Below are positions 63,498 through 64,000 of a stretch of 64,000 nucleotides of DNA, piece by piece (position 1 is the first letter of the stretch; each line of letters opens with the position of its first letter). The stretch covers positions 1,467 through 65,466 of the forward strand of contig JBGULD010000005.1 of NCBI GenBank assembly GCA_045114745.1, written 5' to 3'. The position numbers were made by a program, and so were the translations under genes. The notes under the pieces were generated by a model. It made no database searches, was not told the origin of the DNA, and saw only the letters and a program-made list of their open reading frames with translations. This DNA comes from Bacilli bacterium (GTDB lineage: Bacteria > Bacillota_I > Bacilli_A > RFN20 > CAG-826).

Positions 63498-63537
63498 TTG
63501 TACGTTATCAAGTACACTTGTACACTTTTATGTACCA
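63498..63537 (-). promoter_or_regulatory. Candidate yefM-yoeB operator/promoter with four TGTAC/GTAC core repeats
   Basis: TTGTACGTTATCAAGTACACTTGTACACTTTTATGTACC has GTAC cores at 63500, 63512, 63520 and 63532, with spacings of 12, 8 and 12 nt. It includes a full TGTACA hexamer. It lies directly upstream of a TATAAT-like element and the yefM RBS. Confidence 0.55.
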
Positions 63538-63561
63538 TTAATATGGTGTTATATATTTTAA

Positions 63562-63591
63562 TAAAAAAGCCACATTTTTTTAATGCGGCTT
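63562..63591 (-). terminator. Rho-independent terminator after the partial surface-protein gene
   Basis: The minus strand reads AAGCCGCAT-taaaaaa-ATGTGGCTT (one mismatch) followed by TTTTTATT. A second strong hairpin lies at 63601-63626 (AGTAGTGC...GCACTACT). Confidence 0.6.
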
Positions 63592-63638
63592 GTTTATCAA
63601 AGTAGTGCCTCTTTCGGAGCACTACTAATTATTCATAA

Positions 63639-64000
63639 TTATTGATGTTTTCTTTTCTTAATAGCAATAACAACACCAATGGCACTTATAGAAATAAGAG
63701 AAACAGAAACAATAGTAATGATAATTGTGTTATTATTTGGCGCTTCGGCGATAAAAGAACTGGGGGCGGTATTCGTTACTAACATATAGCCGTTTGCTTC
63801 TGTATCAATATGGTATCCATTAGCCTCAGCCCATTTGCTTAAACGATCTTTAGCGGCGACGATATCTGGATCATCAGAGTTATTAAAAATCTGTCTAATA
63901 TATGTTGCGGTTATATTTGTTTTATTATATTCCGCCATCGCATCAGCGAAATAATGATGTTCACTATCCTTACACCATCCTTTGTTTTCGGTATAAACGT
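63639..64000 (-). CDS. C-terminal part of a membrane-anchored surface protein; the 5' end lies outside the window
   Basis: The tracked ORF starts at the Met at 63938, but the frame stays open upstream to the window edge (...YTENKGWCKDSEHHYFADA-MAEYNK...). The C-terminal TM is IIITIVSVSLISISAIGVVIAI followed by KKRKHQ. Confidence 0.5.
   Translation of the reverse strand, partial: VYTENKGWCKDSEHHYFADAMAEYNKTNITATYIRQIFNNSDDPDIVAAKDRLSKWAEANGYHIDTEANGYMLVTNTAPSSFIAEAPNNNTIIITIVSVSLISISAIGVVIAIKKRKHQ

Noticed and set aside
63601-63626. A strong hairpin AGTAGTGCCTC-tttc-GGAGCACTACT as a possible small RNA or riboswitch
   Set aside because: It lies directly after the stop codon of the minus-strand surface-protein gene and next to a second hairpin with a U-run. 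It is most simply part of a tandem terminator.
1-64000. Many internal or antisense ORFs of 60-140 aa in the track (e.g. 519..743, 1228..1542, 2478..2903, 5409..5729, 6941..7204, 10327..10533, 24440..24670, 33759..34016, 37839..38060, 42967..43335, 43899..44288, 55427..55831, 59688..60092, 61964..62299)
   Set aside because: Each lies wholly inside a longer ORF that has clear family motifs on the same or the opposite strand. Their products are low complexity, as expected for AT-rich shadow frames, and none has a convincing RBS.
1-64000. Possibility of Mollicutes genetic code 4 (TGA = Trp), given the AT-richness and Acholeplasma-like genes
   Set aside because: Long conserved proteins are intact under the standard code. 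TGA clearly terminates genes at conserved ends, for example the ATGA stop/start overlaps at 32794-32797 and 47632-47635.

Overview
This is an AT-rich chromosome segment that uses the standard genetic code: TGA acts as a stop, including in several ATGA stop/start overlaps. Gene content suggests a low-GC Gram-positive-type bacterium (Bacillota, Erysipelotrichales- or Acholeplasma-like), but that taxon call is inference only. Nearly all genes are on the minus strand.

Layout:
1. 1-24.3 kb is the housekeeping core. It holds a DnaD-like gene (partial), a short CCA/poly(A)-polymerase-family enzyme, hup, der, cmk, a small untracked ferredoxin, an FMN riboswitch with ribU, rsmG, mnmG and sufCDSUB. It also holds two large paralogous lipoproteins (the first with a parvulin/PrsA-like domain), a HIT protein, yhaM, recX, a GT4 glycolipid-synthase-like gene with a UPF0104 membrane protein, and an aminotransferase / LbH-acetyltransferase / aminotransferase trio.
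2. 24.3-34.2 kb is an accessory island with no recombinase. Its contents look like defence genes:
   - an overlapping ABC-type ATPase + TOPRIM/RloB-like pair
   - an orphan 135-aa gene + a DUF3800-like gene
   - an AbiH-like gene
   - a single-pass membrane protein with a coupled 50-aa ORF
   - a DUF4238-like gene
   - a 451-aa HEPN-motif protein wedged between ugd and a frameshifted UDP-glucuronate-epimerase gene
   A roughly 190-bp divergent promoter/small-ORF module occurs twice and heads two different cassettes.
3. 34.2-56.0 kb is a Wzx/Wzy-type polysaccharide locus. It has ugd, Wzz, a BY-kinase homologue lacking Walker motifs, WbpB/WbpE-like and TviB/TviC-like enzymes, a TupA-like ATP-grasp, PglF/E/D/C-like bacillosamine-type genes, five glycosyltransferases and two small phosphoglycosyl transferases.
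4. 56.1-64 kb holds tRNA-Leu(UAG), an LMW protein-tyrosine phosphatase, two uncharacterised membrane proteins and a TfoX_N protein. It also holds an orphan solute-binding lipoprotein divergent from a hybrid histidine kinase with two receiver domains, yefM-yoeB with TGTAC operator repeats, and a partial surface-anchored protein.

I saw no rRNA, CRISPR array, transposase or integrase. All family names come from motif recognition by eye, not from database searches.
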